64,000 nt of DNA from a virus. Taxonomy: Duplodnaviria; Caudoviricetes. The notes under the pieces were generated by a model. The model made no database searches. It saw only the letters and a list, made by a program, of their open reading frames with translations, and was not told where the DNA came from. Both the position numbers and the translations under genes were made by a program. This document shows positions 37,466 to 46,746 of this stretch, in pieces. The first letter of the stretch is position 1, and each line of letters begins with the position of its first letter. The stretch spans positions 1 to 64,000 of IMG/VR virus record IMGVR_UViG_2882828558_000007; one strand, 5' to 3'.

Positions 37466-38503
37466 TTAGGTGTTCTTGGCGCGCAGCAGGGCGGCCGGAC
37501 GCGTGCAAATATGCAGCGCGTTCGTCTGGGTCTCGCCGTAGACGCCCTTGTCCATCGGCAGCATTTCCTGCTTGGCGTAGTACTTCTTGCCGAGGGTGTT
37601 GACCGTCTCCATGTAGGGAGCCGGGGCAAAGTACGACTTGAACATGCCGCGGGCGCCCACCGGGAAGAACTTCGCCTTGGTCGCCTCAACGCCTACGCTC
37701 GCACCATCGCCGGTGGCAGCCACTGCGCCGTAGTTTTCGAATACAATGCCGCCGAACGTAAAGATCGGGTTGTCAGCGCGGTTGCCGCCAACGTAGCTAT
37801 CGCGCAGGATTGCGGCCTCAGACCATCCCTTGTAGGTCTCGCGAACTTCAGCGTGCGAGATCAGCTGGTCGAAGAAGGTGTCGCCGACGAACGCATGGAC
37901 GTAGCTGAACGGCGAACCGCCCATTGCCGTGCGAGTTGCCCGAACGATACCTGCGCAGGCCTTGCGCAGCGCGCCAGATGCCGGCGTCGCGTTGTCGAGG
38001 TCGAAGTCAACCTCAGCAGCCTGCGTCACACCGAACTCAGTGAAGAGGTTCAGGCTCGTCGCGTCAGCGTAAGTGACAACGCCCTGAACGGCGCCGAGGC
38101 GGCTGTATTCGTTGGTGACCTCGAGGTCGGACATGTTGTCCATGACTTTGTCGAGAACGACCGACATGACCGTCTCGAGTTCGGATTCGGAGCCGAACTT
38201 GCGGACGTTCTGGATTTCATCGGCGATAACCGACCATTCGCGCAGGAAGTGCGGAACCGTGAGGTTCTTCATGCTGCGCTTCTGGTTATCCTTCACGTCG
38301 CCCTTGCCGCCGCGGGGGGTCGGGGGGACGAGCTGAAGGGCGTCACCGATGCGCTCGATCGACACGGAGGTGGTCGAGACCGACTTCTCCTCGAAAAGGC
38401 CAAGAGCCTCAATTCGGCTGGGGCGGTATTCGATTTCGTTGATGGCGTCGGTGAGAGAGGTGACGCCGAACGCGTCATCCTTGAATACGTTGAGAATCGT
38501 CAT
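37466..38503 (-). CDS. Major capsid protein E (lambda-like)
   Basis: FGVTSLTDAIN...LGLFEEK...TNEYSRLGAVQG...QTNALHICTRP. Confidence 0.9.
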   Translation of the reverse strand: MTILNVFKDDAFGVTSLTDAINEIEYRPSRIEALGLFEEKSVSTTSVSIERIGDALQLVPPTPRGGKGDVKDNQKRSMKNLTVPHFLREWSVIADEIQNVRKFGSESELETVMSVVLDKVMDNMSDLEVTNEYSRLGAVQGVVTYADATSLNLFTEFGVTQAAEVDFDLDNATPASGALRKACAGIVRATRTAMGGSPFSYVHAFVGDTFFDQLISHAEVRETYKGWSEAAILRDSYVGGNRADNPIFTFGGIVFENYGAVAATGDGASVGVEATKAKFFPVGARGMFKSYFAPAPYMETVNTLGKKYYAKQEMLPMDKGVYGETQTNALHICTRPAALLRAKNT

Positions 38504-38568
38504 AGGAAGCTCCTAAGAAAAAGGCCGCTCCCAAGCGGCCTATTGTTGATTTTGGCTAGAAGCGTCCG

Positions 38569-38949
38569 TTAGCGGACGATGATGCCGACTGCGGCAAGCT
38601 GGGTATGCTTGGCGCCAATCTTCGTGGCGTCGTTGACCGAAGCGTCGTAGGAGAGAGCGTCGCCCTTAACCTGTGCGGCGCGAGAGACGACTGCGGCCTT
38701 GACGTCAGCTGACGTAGCGTCCACGGCGTTGACGAGAACGGCGATCGCCGTCTGCGCGCCAGCCGTCTCGGTTACGGATGCATTGGTCGACGGCCAGAAC
38801 TTGCCGCTTGCTGTGATTTTTCCCAGCACAGTACCAGGCTTGAGGATGCCTGCGCCGGATGCAATCACGACATTGTCGCGTGCTCGGCCGGCCTCAGCTT
38901 CAGAGAGAATGAATTCGCCGTTGTGGCGGCCTTCAGTGAGAATAGTCAT
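38569..38949 (-). CDS. Head decoration protein D
   Basis: LKPGTVLGKITASGK...AIAVLVNAVDATSAD. Confidence 0.85.
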   Translation of the reverse strand: MTILTEGRHNGEFILSEAEAGRARDNVVIASGAGILKPGTVLGKITASGKFWPSTNASVTETAGAQTAIAVLVNAVDATSADVKAAVVSRAAQVKGDALSYDASVNDATKIGAKHTQLAAVGIIVR

Positions 38950-38967
38950 ATCAGACCGTCCTTCCGG

Positions 38968-40035
38968 TTACTTCTTGGAGAGCTTGTTTGCGCGTGCGAC
39001 GGCCTTGGCCCACACTGGCTGCGCGTCACCGCCCTGCTTGCCGCCGTTGAGCGTTGCGCCCGCGAGGCGATTGGCTTCGTAGGCTGCGACCGCGTCATCA
39101 GCGCTTGCGGTGGCCACGGGCGCGACAGCCAGGAGTGCCTTTACCTTCTCTGCGTCGGCGCCATCAGCAAACAGTGCCTCAGCGAGCGCCTCACGACCCT
39201 TGGCCTCATCGAGCGACATAATGGCGGCGCGGCGTTCGCGGTCTGCCTTCAGCGCGTCGGCAACAGCCTTGGCCTTTTCTGCGTCGAGCTCTGCGAGTTT
39301 GGCCTCAGCGGCGGCCTTCTCGGCCTTCGTTGTGGCAAGTTCGGCAGCAAGCGCGTCCGCACGTTCTTTCTCAGACATGTCAGAATCCTTGTGGTTAGCA
39401 GCGGACGACGCTGCGTCGTTAATCTTCGCCATCGACCAGCCCTTAGCCTTAGCCTGGGCTGCGAAACGCTTCGGAGCGTTTGCGTAGGCGCGGTAGTCAT
39501 AGGCGGCAACCGGCTTGGCTTTCTGCTCGCCTGTGTCGTCAGCAAAGCCGGCAGCGACAGCTTCGTCGCCATCGTACCAGGTCTCCGCCTTCATGATGTC
39601 GCGACATTCCGCGGCAGACTTTCCGCTACGGCGCGCGTAAAGCTTGGCATAGGCGGTAGCGTAGGCCTCGAGTTCCTCGATGGTCTTCGCATGATCCGCC
39701 GAATTGCCGTATGTGACGTTGAGCGGGTCATGGATCATCATCACAGCGCCGTCGGCTACCGTGATCCGGTCTCCTGCCATCGCGATGAGGCTGGCCGCGC
39801 TGGCAGCGATACCCTCCACGATGATGTGGACGCTGCCGTCATATGTCGCCAAAGCGGCGTGGATGGCCGCTCCGTCAGCTGCGATGCCGCCACCGCTATT
39901 AAGCCGAACAGTGATGTCACCATCCAGTCCAGCCAGAGCGGTCACGACCTCGGCATGGGTGAAGCCGTCGTCAAACCAATCGACGCCGACCGTGCCAGAA
40001 AGCGTGACTTCCTGACCTTTGACTTGAACAGTCAT
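38968..40035 (-). CDS. ClpP-type head maturation protease with C-terminal scaffold
   Basis: LNSGGG, AASAAS, MIHDP, ETWYDGDEAV; start moved to MTVQVKG. Confidence 0.9.
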   Translation of the reverse strand: MTVQVKGQEVTLSGTVGVDWFDDGFTHAEVVTALAGLDGDITVRLNSGGGIAADGAAIHAALATYDGSVHIIVEGIAASAASLIAMAGDRITVADGAVMMIHDPLNVTYGNSADHAKTIEELEAYATAYAKLYARRSGKSAAECRDIMKAETWYDGDEAVAAGFADDTGEQKAKPVAAYDYRAYANAPKRFAAQAKAKGWSMAKINDAASSAANHKDSDMSEKERADALAAELATTKAEKAAAEAKLAELDAEKAKAVADALKADRERRAAIMSLDEAKGREALAEALFADGADAEKVKALLAVAPVATASADDAVAAYEANRLAGATLNGGKQGGDAQPVWAKAVARANKLSKK

Positions 40036-40052
40036 CTTGTTTTCCTTATCGG

Positions 40053-40271
40053 CTAATAGCGTCGGAACCCGCCGCGCACCGCAAAACGCTTGCGCTTCCC
40101 GGCGCAAAGCCCTTCATGGTAGGCGATGAGGCGCTTCAACTCGTTCTTGTCAGCTTGAAAGTAGCGGATCTCGTCCTCACCGAAGCGAGCCTGCTGAACT
40201 CCGTCGCCGGAAACGATAGCTGTGTAGAGCGCCCTGAGACGCTCCGCCTCTGCGCAATGGTCAATCGGCAT
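40053..40271 (-). CDS. Head-tail joining protein W-like
   Basis: Small ORF beside the portal gene; IRYFQAD..EL.RLI. Confidence 0.65.
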   Translation of the reverse strand: MPIDHCAEAERLRALYTAIVSGDGVQQARFGEDEIRYFQADKNELKRLIAYHEGLCAGKRKRFAVRGGFRRY

Positions 40272-41892
40272 TCACGTCCTCCGCACCTTGCGCTATCCGC
40301 CCAGTTGACGGCATTGCCGCACCCAACGGGCCGCCACCGCCAACACTCCGCCCATAGGGGATCGGAATCCCCTTTTCGTTCATGTCGGTGATCTCTGCGG
40401 CTATTTTCTCTCGCGTCACGGCAGCGTCGCGACCCATAAGTGCCGCTTCGTCTTCCGTCGATGACAAGCCAAGCTCAATCCGCTTGGCCGAAGCCATGGT
40501 CGCCTTGTAGTCATCCGCCACGGGCTGGGCTGGGCCAGGCCACTCGGCATTGCAGACAAGCTCACGGTTGGCCGCGAATGCCGCGTATCCACCCTTGAAC
40601 GGTATCTGATCCATGCCGATCTTCTCGTCGAGCCAAGACTCGTAAATCGCCTGGCAGAACGGAGCAGCCACACGCTCACGACGACGCGTCACGATCGGCC
40701 ATACCGACGACATCGCCATGCGCACCGACGAGTAGTTCGCGTTGGAATGATCCATCGCGAAAGCCTCAAAGGTGATGCCAAGCCGACGGGCCATCTCTCG
40801 CTGAAGGTTCTGCGAGAACGGTATGTATTGAGAGCCCGGCGTTGCCGCCGTATGCATGTGGAATTCTTCGCCCGGACCGAGGTGGTTGATCCGCCCGTGG
40901 TCCGACATTGAGATGCCGTTTTCCTTCAGCGCGTCGATTCGGTTGCCCCAGACATCCAAAAGGTCCGCAGCGAGATCCGGGTCGTCATCCTCAAGCGTCC
41001 TGATCGCCTCGAAAGCGGTCTCGGAAGGCTCCGGCGACTTGATCGTGGCGGCAAACGCCGTCTGCAGCAGGGCTGTTGTAAGGGTCGCGTCGGCCAACTG
41101 GTCGTACTGCGCAGCAACTTTCAGGATCGGCGCAAGGACAGAGATGCCGCGAACGCTGTCGGGATTCTCCCCGCGGTCCATAACGTGGATCACCCGCCGC
41201 AGCGGGCCGTTCCACGCGGGCACGTCGAAGTCAAAATCCTGCCCGTTCTCGCGTCCGATCAACCTGAACTTGGTTGGCGACCCGCGTTCTGGGTCAAGAA
41301 AGATGCCCTGATCAAGACCGATGAATTCATTTGTCTCGCGTTTCAGGCGATGAGGCGCCACCAGCGACACTTTCGTGCCCGTTTTAATGCCATGCCGCCT
41401 GCGCATGGCTCTTGGCATGAAGTCAATTAGACCGATGGCCTCGCCGCTAGCGAGATAATACCTGATAACTCCATCAAGATGCTCGGCGAGCGTCGTCGTG
41501 CCGTTGAGGCTGTATTCCTGCGGTCGCCAGACGTGCAGATACCACTCATCCTCGACCAGCCTCGACCACGCTGTGATTTCAGCCGGCGTCCAGCCAAGTT
41601 TTGCCAACTTCGGCCTTGCCGACAGCTTAAGTTCATCACCAATCGTGTCGGTGATGATCTGGTCGACCGCACCAGCGATCCATCCGCTATTGTGGATGAA
41701 ATCCCAGGCTAGCGCTGAAGCACGCTCGGCCGACTCTCGAACGCTAACCGCGCCATCACGAGTGACGGCGCGGCGCATTGTCAGAATGCCGGAACTATTG
41801 TCGCGCAGGTACTGCGCTCGGACGCGCTTAACCGCGGGAGCGGCCACCTTGACGCCGGGGGCTTTCACCCGGATCTTTGGCTTGTCGCTCAT
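40261..41892 (-). CDS. Portal protein (lambda family)
   Basis: RGISVLAPIL, LLQTAFAATIK, DHSNANYSSVR. Confidence 0.9.
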   Translation of the reverse strand: MSDKPKIRVKAPGVKVAAPAVKRVRAQYLRDNSSGILTMRRAVTRDGAVSVRESAERASALAWDFIHNSGWIAGAVDQIITDTIGDELKLSARPKLAKLGWTPAEITAWSRLVEDEWYLHVWRPQEYSLNGTTTLAEHLDGVIRYYLASGEAIGLIDFMPRAMRRRHGIKTGTKVSLVAPHRLKRETNEFIGLDQGIFLDPERGSPTKFRLIGRENGQDFDFDVPAWNGPLRRVIHVMDRGENPDSVRGISVLAPILKVAAQYDQLADATLTTALLQTAFAATIKSPEPSETAFEAIRTLEDDDPDLAADLLDVWGNRIDALKENGISMSDHGRINHLGPGEEFHMHTAATPGSQYIPFSQNLQREMARRLGITFEAFAMDHSNANYSSVRMAMSSVWPIVTRRRERVAAPFCQAIYESWLDEKIGMDQIPFKGGYAAFAANRELVCNAEWPGPAQPVADDYKATMASAKRIELGLSSTEDEAALMGRDAAVTREKIAAEITDMNEKGIPIPYGRSVGGGGPLGAAMPSTGRIAQGAEDVNAD

Positions 41893-43862
41893 CGATAGGC
41901 CCCCCATCGCTCCCGCTTACGGCGAGGTGTCCGCTCCTTCGGCTTCCCGTCTCCGGGCACCTCCGTCGCGTTCTCCTGGCTTGGCGAATTGTCGTTCGCT
42001 GGCTTTTCTTCGGCCTTGCGGGATTGTCTGCGCGGCGTTTTATCAAGTTTGTTCGGTAGAGACATTCGTGCCGCCAGTGCCAGTACCAAGCAGTCCCACG
42101 CCTCATTTCGGGCGCCGGCCGTCTTGGTTTCCCATTTTCGCGTCGTTCTCCCGCCCACCGTCTTGGTGACCGCGTGCTCTGACGTCAGCTGCGTGAAGTA
42201 ATCGGAGCTCAGCCCCACGGCCGGGAAGTGAATAGCCCGGGGCGTTGGATCGTCCTCGTTCGGAACGATTGCAAGACGAGACGAGATATCGTCTTTCGCC
42301 GTATCGACGCCGATGATGTACGGCTTGTCGCCGCTATTCTTCGTCCGGCTGGCCGTCTTTGGCCAAATCATGCGCGGAGCCTTTGGATCGCGATTTCCGC
42401 GACCGATGCACGCATATATTCGGCGACGCTTACGGTCTCGAGCGAACTTGTAGACCATCTCCGATCGGTGGCCCGCGCTATCGATGCAGGCGGCTTGCGC
42501 GAAGAGTTTGCGCCCGTCGTCGGTCTCGCACGGCTCTCGGATCAGTCTGTCGAACTCGTCCCATATGGCCAGCTTCGACGTGTCACCGTTGATCACCTCG
42601 TGGCGAGCGACCCAGCTTTCTCCGTTGGCGCCCCAGGCAACAAACGTTGCCTCAATGCGATCATCCTGAGTGTCCGCCCCGACCGTAACCATAATGGCCC
42701 CGTCAGGTAGCGTCTCCCAGTTGTACGGCTCGCATCGGCTTCTCAGGACGTCTGGATCGGCAACATTCACGACTTCCTTGTGCGGCAAGCCGAGCACGAG
42801 GTTGACGAACGTCTTCTTCCTCAGAGGGTCCTTGTAAGCCGCCAACCACTCGACGGCCAACGCTGCCCATGACGCATTTGGGAACAGGCTGTAGGCTGCC
42901 CAAATATGGAAGCCGGCATGTCCGACGGACGGCTTGTCAGCAATCCACTCCCCGCCGTTGATCATGGCGAGTTTGTCGTGCTCCTCAATGCGGCAACCGT
43001 TCGCTTCGCAGCGGAAGTGTGCCGTTTCCGTCAGGTGGTTGCCGCCCTCATCCTTATCCCACTTGAAGTTTTCCCACTTCAGGCGCTGCTTCGTCCCGCA
43101 ATGCGGGCATGGGACGTGGTAATGGCGCTGGTCGCTTTCCTCAAACGACTTCTCGATGCGGCTGATACCCTGCACCGTTGGCGTGCTGCCAAGGATAATC
43201 TTGCGATTCCAGAACGTTTCTGTTCGCTTGGTGCCGAGCGAAATCTGATCGCCCTCATCGCCCGCGCCGTTGGCTGGATAGCCGTCGACCTCGTCAAACG
43301 CGACGATGCGGACCGTAATACGACGAAAACCGGCCGGGCTGTTCGCCCCAACGAAGGATACCGACGCGCCGTTGCGAAAGATGCGCTTGTCGACCTTCTG
43401 GTTCGCCGCCTTCGAGTTCAGATCGCCTGCGATTTCAGCCAGGACCGGCGTATCGCGCAGCATCGGCGCAATTTCCGTCTGGCTATAATCTCGAGCGTCG
43501 CTTTCCTTAGGCTGCACAATCAGGATAGGCGCTGGGTCCTGGTGGATGTAATATCCGACCATGTGATCCAGCATCTTTGTATAGCCCACTCGCGCGCTCT
43601 TCATGACCGTGATCTGACGAACAGTCGGATCGGTCACAGCGTCGAGCATTCCGTCCTGGTAACGGAAGGACTTGAATTTGCCAGTGTCTGCGCTGGTTTC
43701 GCGAGACAGGAATGCGTATGTGTTGGCCCACTGGCTGAGCGTGAGCTTGGGTGGCGGCTTTAGCGCTTCGCTACGGGCTCGGCGCAACCTCGTCAGCAGA
43801 CGGGCCGAACCTGTGCTGTAGCGACTTGCGGAGTTCTCCGAAGTCTCTTTGCCCATCATCAA
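41889..43862 (-). CDS. Terminase large subunit (GpA family)
   Basis: KSARVGYT, FDEVDGY, GSTPT, CPHC, DTQDDR, DSAG, NEAWDC. Confidence 0.95.
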   Translation of the reverse strand: MMMGKETSENSASRYSTGSARLLTRLRRARSEALKPPPKLTLSQWANTYAFLSRETSADTGKFKSFRYQDGMLDAVTDPTVRQITVMKSARVGYTKMLDHMVGYYIHQDPAPILIVQPKESDARDYSQTEIAPMLRDTPVLAEIAGDLNSKAANQKVDKRIFRNGASVSFVGANSPAGFRRITVRIVAFDEVDGYPANGAGDEGDQISLGTKRTETFWNRKIILGSTPTVQGISRIEKSFEESDQRHYHVPCPHCGTKQRLKWENFKWDKDEGGNHLTETAHFRCEANGCRIEEHDKLAMINGGEWIADKPSVGHAGFHIWAAYSLFPNASWAALAVEWLAAYKDPLRKKTFVNLVLGLPHKEVVNVADPDVLRSRCEPYNWETLPDGAIMVTVGADTQDDRIEATFVAWGANGESWVARHEVINGDTSKLAIWDEFDRLIREPCETDDGRKLFAQAACIDSAGHRSEMVYKFARDRKRRRIYACIGRGNRDPKAPRMIWPKTASRTKNSGDKPYIIGVDTAKDDISSRLAIVPNEDDPTPRAIHFPAVGLSSDYFTQLTSEHAVTKTVGGRTTRKWETKTAGARNEAWDCLVLALAARMSLPNKLDKTPRRQSRKAEEKPANDNSPSQENATEVPGDGKPKERTPRRKRERWGAYR

Positions 43863-44388
43863 TCGCCAACTCGTTCAATGCGGCAATCACTTCCTCGTCG
43901 ATGATGGCCTTAATCTCTTCGGCCGACTTCAAAACGGCAGCCGAAGGCGCCACTTTAGAGCCGATACCCAGAAGCCTGTTCCTAACAACTGCGTATTCGC
44001 TGGCCACCGCCACGATTACGTCCTCGATTTCCACGACTGCGCCGCTTTCGCGCTCGAATTCGAGCTGGCGAAGAAGGGCAGCGTAGTTTTCTTTAATGCG
44101 CTCGGCCTCAGCCTTCGACCACTTTGCGCCGCCCGGTGCGGACACCAGTTCTTCGGCGGCGGCTTCAAGGCTTGTAGTGTCCGCGACTACGTCCGCGCCC
44201 CGATCCGTTGCGGACACAGGATGCTCCCCGCCCCGCCAATCCAGATCCAGATACCGAGGATCGATTGTGCCGTCGGCCAAAAGCTTGATATGCTCGGACT
44301 TCACCTTCCTGCGGACGACCTTGTCATCGCAGCCGGCGCGGCGGGCAAACTCCCGAATTGAAATCCCAAGAGCCATGCCCGCGGACAC
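43771..44388 (-). CDS. Terminase small subunit
   Basis: SIREFARRAG HTH; coiled coil; overlaps TerL. Confidence 0.8.
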   Translation of the reverse strand: MSAGMALGISIREFARRAGCDDKVVRRKVKSEHIKLLADGTIDPRYLDLDWRGGEHPVSATDRGADVVADTTSLEAAAEELVSAPGGAKWSKAEAERIKENYAALLRQLEFERESGAVVEIEDVIVAVASEYAVVRNRLLGIGSKVAPSAAVLKSAEEIKAIIDEEVIAALNELAIDDGQRDFGELRKSLQHRFGPSADEVAPSP

Positions 44389-44440
44389 CTTTTCAAACTA
44401 CCCGATGTGGCGAAGCCGAGGCGTTCGCGCCCGCTGTGCT

Positions 44441-44486
44441 ATATTTGCAACACACGGTCCCTATGATGGGGGTGCGTTGCAAATAT
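44441..44486. repeat. 15-bp inverted repeat upstream of terS; candidate cos site
   Basis: ATATTTGCAACACAC ... GTGCGTTGCAAATAT (14/15 match) around GGTCCCTATGATGGGG. Confidence 0.5.
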
Positions 44487-44497
44487 GTAACATCTGC

Positions 44498-45274
44498 CTA
44501 GCCTGCGCGTACGAACTTGGATGGGTCGTTGTCATTTGATGGCTGCGGAGCGATCACTTCGACCACGCGCCATCCGCCACGCACTGTGCCCATCCTAAGC
44601 TTGGCCAAGTTGCTGGAGTTTCCGCTGGTCAGTCTGCCGGATTTAACCATGTAACTCTGGCGCGCAGTTATCCTCTCGCCAGAATTCACATTCTCATAGA
44701 CGCGCTCAACCCAGTCTCGAACCGGAACTTTTTTACTGTTAGCGTTCCTCGAGCATTTGGCCGACTGCCGCGCCTCAAACTCCCGCCTGGTCATCTTCGT
44801 TAACGACCAGCCGCCAGTCACACGGGACGCATCCCGCACGATGTAGTTAACGCGATCACGATTGATGCCGGAGTAATCAGAGAACTCAAAGCGAGTGCCA
44901 GCGAACAGGTCGCCATCAATGTGGTGGAACTCGTAGATGGTTAAGTCGACGTTCGTCGCGCCCCACCCCTTATTGGACGCAGCCCACTTCCTGCGCGCCA
45001 GCCCGTAACTCTTCCGTGCGCGGTTCAATTCGTATCGCGGGCACTTACTCATCATAATGAGCGCCGCCCATGCATCTCGCCCACCGTGAATATGGGCGAG
45101 CAGCAAATGCGCAAAGTAGTGATCCTCTGGCGTCAAACGAATGAGGTTGTGGTGGTTATCTCCGCCACCCATCCAGCGAGGCACGATGTGATGCATCTCG
45201 GTCACATCTGTGTCGTCGGGAGGGTTCTCGCGACGATCCTTAAGGAAATCTAGATAAACCCTACGGTACTCCAT
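44498..45274 (-). CDS. HNH homing-type endonuclease
   Basis: EMHHIVPRWMGGGDNHHNLIRLTPEDHYFAHLLL. Confidence 0.85.
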   Translation of the reverse strand: MEYRRVYLDFLKDRRENPPDDTDVTEMHHIVPRWMGGGDNHHNLIRLTPEDHYFAHLLLAHIHGGRDAWAALIMMSKCPRYELNRARKSYGLARRKWAASNKGWGATNVDLTIYEFHHIDGDLFAGTRFEFSDYSGINRDRVNYIVRDASRVTGGWSLTKMTRREFEARQSAKCSRNANSKKVPVRDWVERVYENVNSGERITARQSYMVKSGRLTSGNSSNLAKLRMGTVRGGWRVVEVIAPQPSNDNDPSKFVRAG

Positions 45275-45379
45275 GGTCTCGACTCCATGTCGACCTCATG
45301 GAAATGGCGAGGAGCAATGAAGCCCCTCGCCACCACAACGACTTGCGAGAGGTCGAGAATCGCAAGTGTTCAGTTTTTC

Positions 45380-45946
45380 TTAGGAAAGCGCCCCACCAGC
45401 CAACCTGCGCAGGTAGTGCGTGACGCGCACATCAAGCGCGTCCTTGCCCCTATCGAAGGTTGCAGCCGTGTTGCCCGTGGTCGCTTCGGTCGGCAGGACC
45501 ACGTCGGACTTGACGACCTGGAACTTGTTCCCAACACGCCGGAACACCTGACCGTTCCAGTTGCCCTTGACCACGCGGTTGGGCCACCATCCGGCCTTCA
45601 TGAACGTGCCGGCAAAGACCTGACGCTGATTACGGGGCGCTGCGCTCACACCCTTCCGGGTCTCGCGCGCCTTGAAATACTTGAGCCTGATCTCACCGCC
45701 CTTGACGGGGATCTCGTAGGCCAGCGTCGCAGGCGTGGACCGTATGCGCTTCTTGACCGCCTTGGCGCCCACTCGCTTGGCGAGGCCCGACTGGTCAGCC
45801 AGCGCCCTGCCCGTGGCAGTGGCAGCCTTGGCGCCCGTATCGTTGATTGCGCGGCTGTAGATCGTGCGAGCCTTGCTGTCGCCGAGTTCACGAGCAAGCT
45901 GCGTGAAGCGGCGTACGCCGTCGCCTGTGATCGATACGACTAGCAT
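45380..45946 (-). CDS. Minor tail protein Z-like / tail completion protein
   Basis: Basic protein; SRAINDTG..A, GVSA, F.GTF...GQVFRR. Confidence 0.6.
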   Translation of the reverse strand: MLVVSITGDGVRRFTQLARELGDSKARTIYSRAINDTGAKAATATGRALADQSGLAKRVGAKAVKKRIRSTPATLAYEIPVKGGEIRLKYFKARETRKGVSAAPRNQRQVFAGTFMKAGWWPNRVVKGNWNGQVFRRVGNKFQVVKSDVVLPTEATTGNTAATFDRGKDALDVRVTHYLRRLAGGALS

Positions 45947-45961
45947 GGTGGTGCCTGCAGC

Positions 45962-46037
45962 TGGTTGCGGAGCCCCGGAGTCGAACCGGGTGTCTCGTGG
46001 TTATGAGCCACGCGAGATACCGTTTCTCTAGCCCGCA
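45962..46037 (-). tRNA. Phage tRNA, anticodon CAT (Met or Ile2), encoded CCA
   Basis: Cloverleaf: D stem GAGA/TCTC, anticodon stem CGTGG/CCACG with loop CTCATAA, T arm CCCGG-TTCGACT-CCGGG; acceptor stem has one extra nucleotide. Confidence 0.85.
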
Positions 46038-46044
46038 GAGTAAG

Positions 46045-46600
46045 CGCACCACGAACGCCCGGTGCCGGGAGAGCGCATGTAGCGCTGAAACCAAAAGCGG
46101 CTGGGAGCAAGACGCGGTTTATCTATCCGCCGCTCAACCAGCCGCACGATCGCCATGTCGCGAGAGGAGGCGCGCCACAGCAATAAGATGCCCAACGGAA
46201 TGCCGCGTCCAAGCCGCTGGCATCTAGCCGTAGATGGGCAAAGGAAGACGACACGGCAGACCTCACAGGCTGCACTGCGCTCGGGTTGCGATCCCGTGCC
46301 GGATAGCGTGTCGACTGATCAGCAGGCGGCTCCCATACGGTGGGCCTTTGGGTATCCGGGCTTATGCTTCCGCGACCGGACCTGCCAGATAACGACGAAG
46401 CGCACCGTTGCTACGCCCGTGGGCGAGACTGCCGTGTTGGTCGCTTCGTCATGCGAAGATGGACACACGCGCAAGTCAACGTGCATCGGTCGAGTGGCGT
46501 CCGCGCTTGCACTGCGGCTGATAGCCTATGGCCGCAACCATCACTGGTCGGCAGCATCTTCGCATAGCAAGGAACGGGCGGGCTTCCCCATCCTTCTCAG
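46045..46600 (-). ncRNA. Candidate large structured non-coding RNA in the late leader
   Basis: Nested perfect helices of 11, 9, 8 and 7 bp, several GNRA-like loops, G-U pairs that favour the minus strand; no credible ORF. Confidence 0.5.
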
Positions 46601-46746
46601 GAGTTACAATTTCCTGCCTTGCCAATAGTTACCCGTCGCTCAGAGGCAGCAACTAAGTGCAGCATGTCAACGGGGCGCCCTCGGGCGCGTGGATGTGGGA
46701 AGCAATGCTATCCCTTCAATTAGTACGCACCCACGCGCCACGAAAT

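Noticed and set aside
38517-38541. Hairpin plus U-tract between the decoration and capsid genes as a true terminator
   Set aside because: It sits directly on the capsid RBS within an operon that must be highly read through; more likely an mRNA-stabilising or tuning element.
46625-46660. TTGACA near 46650 as the late promoter
   Set aside because: No acceptable -10 box at 16-18 nt spacing; late promoter left unassigned.
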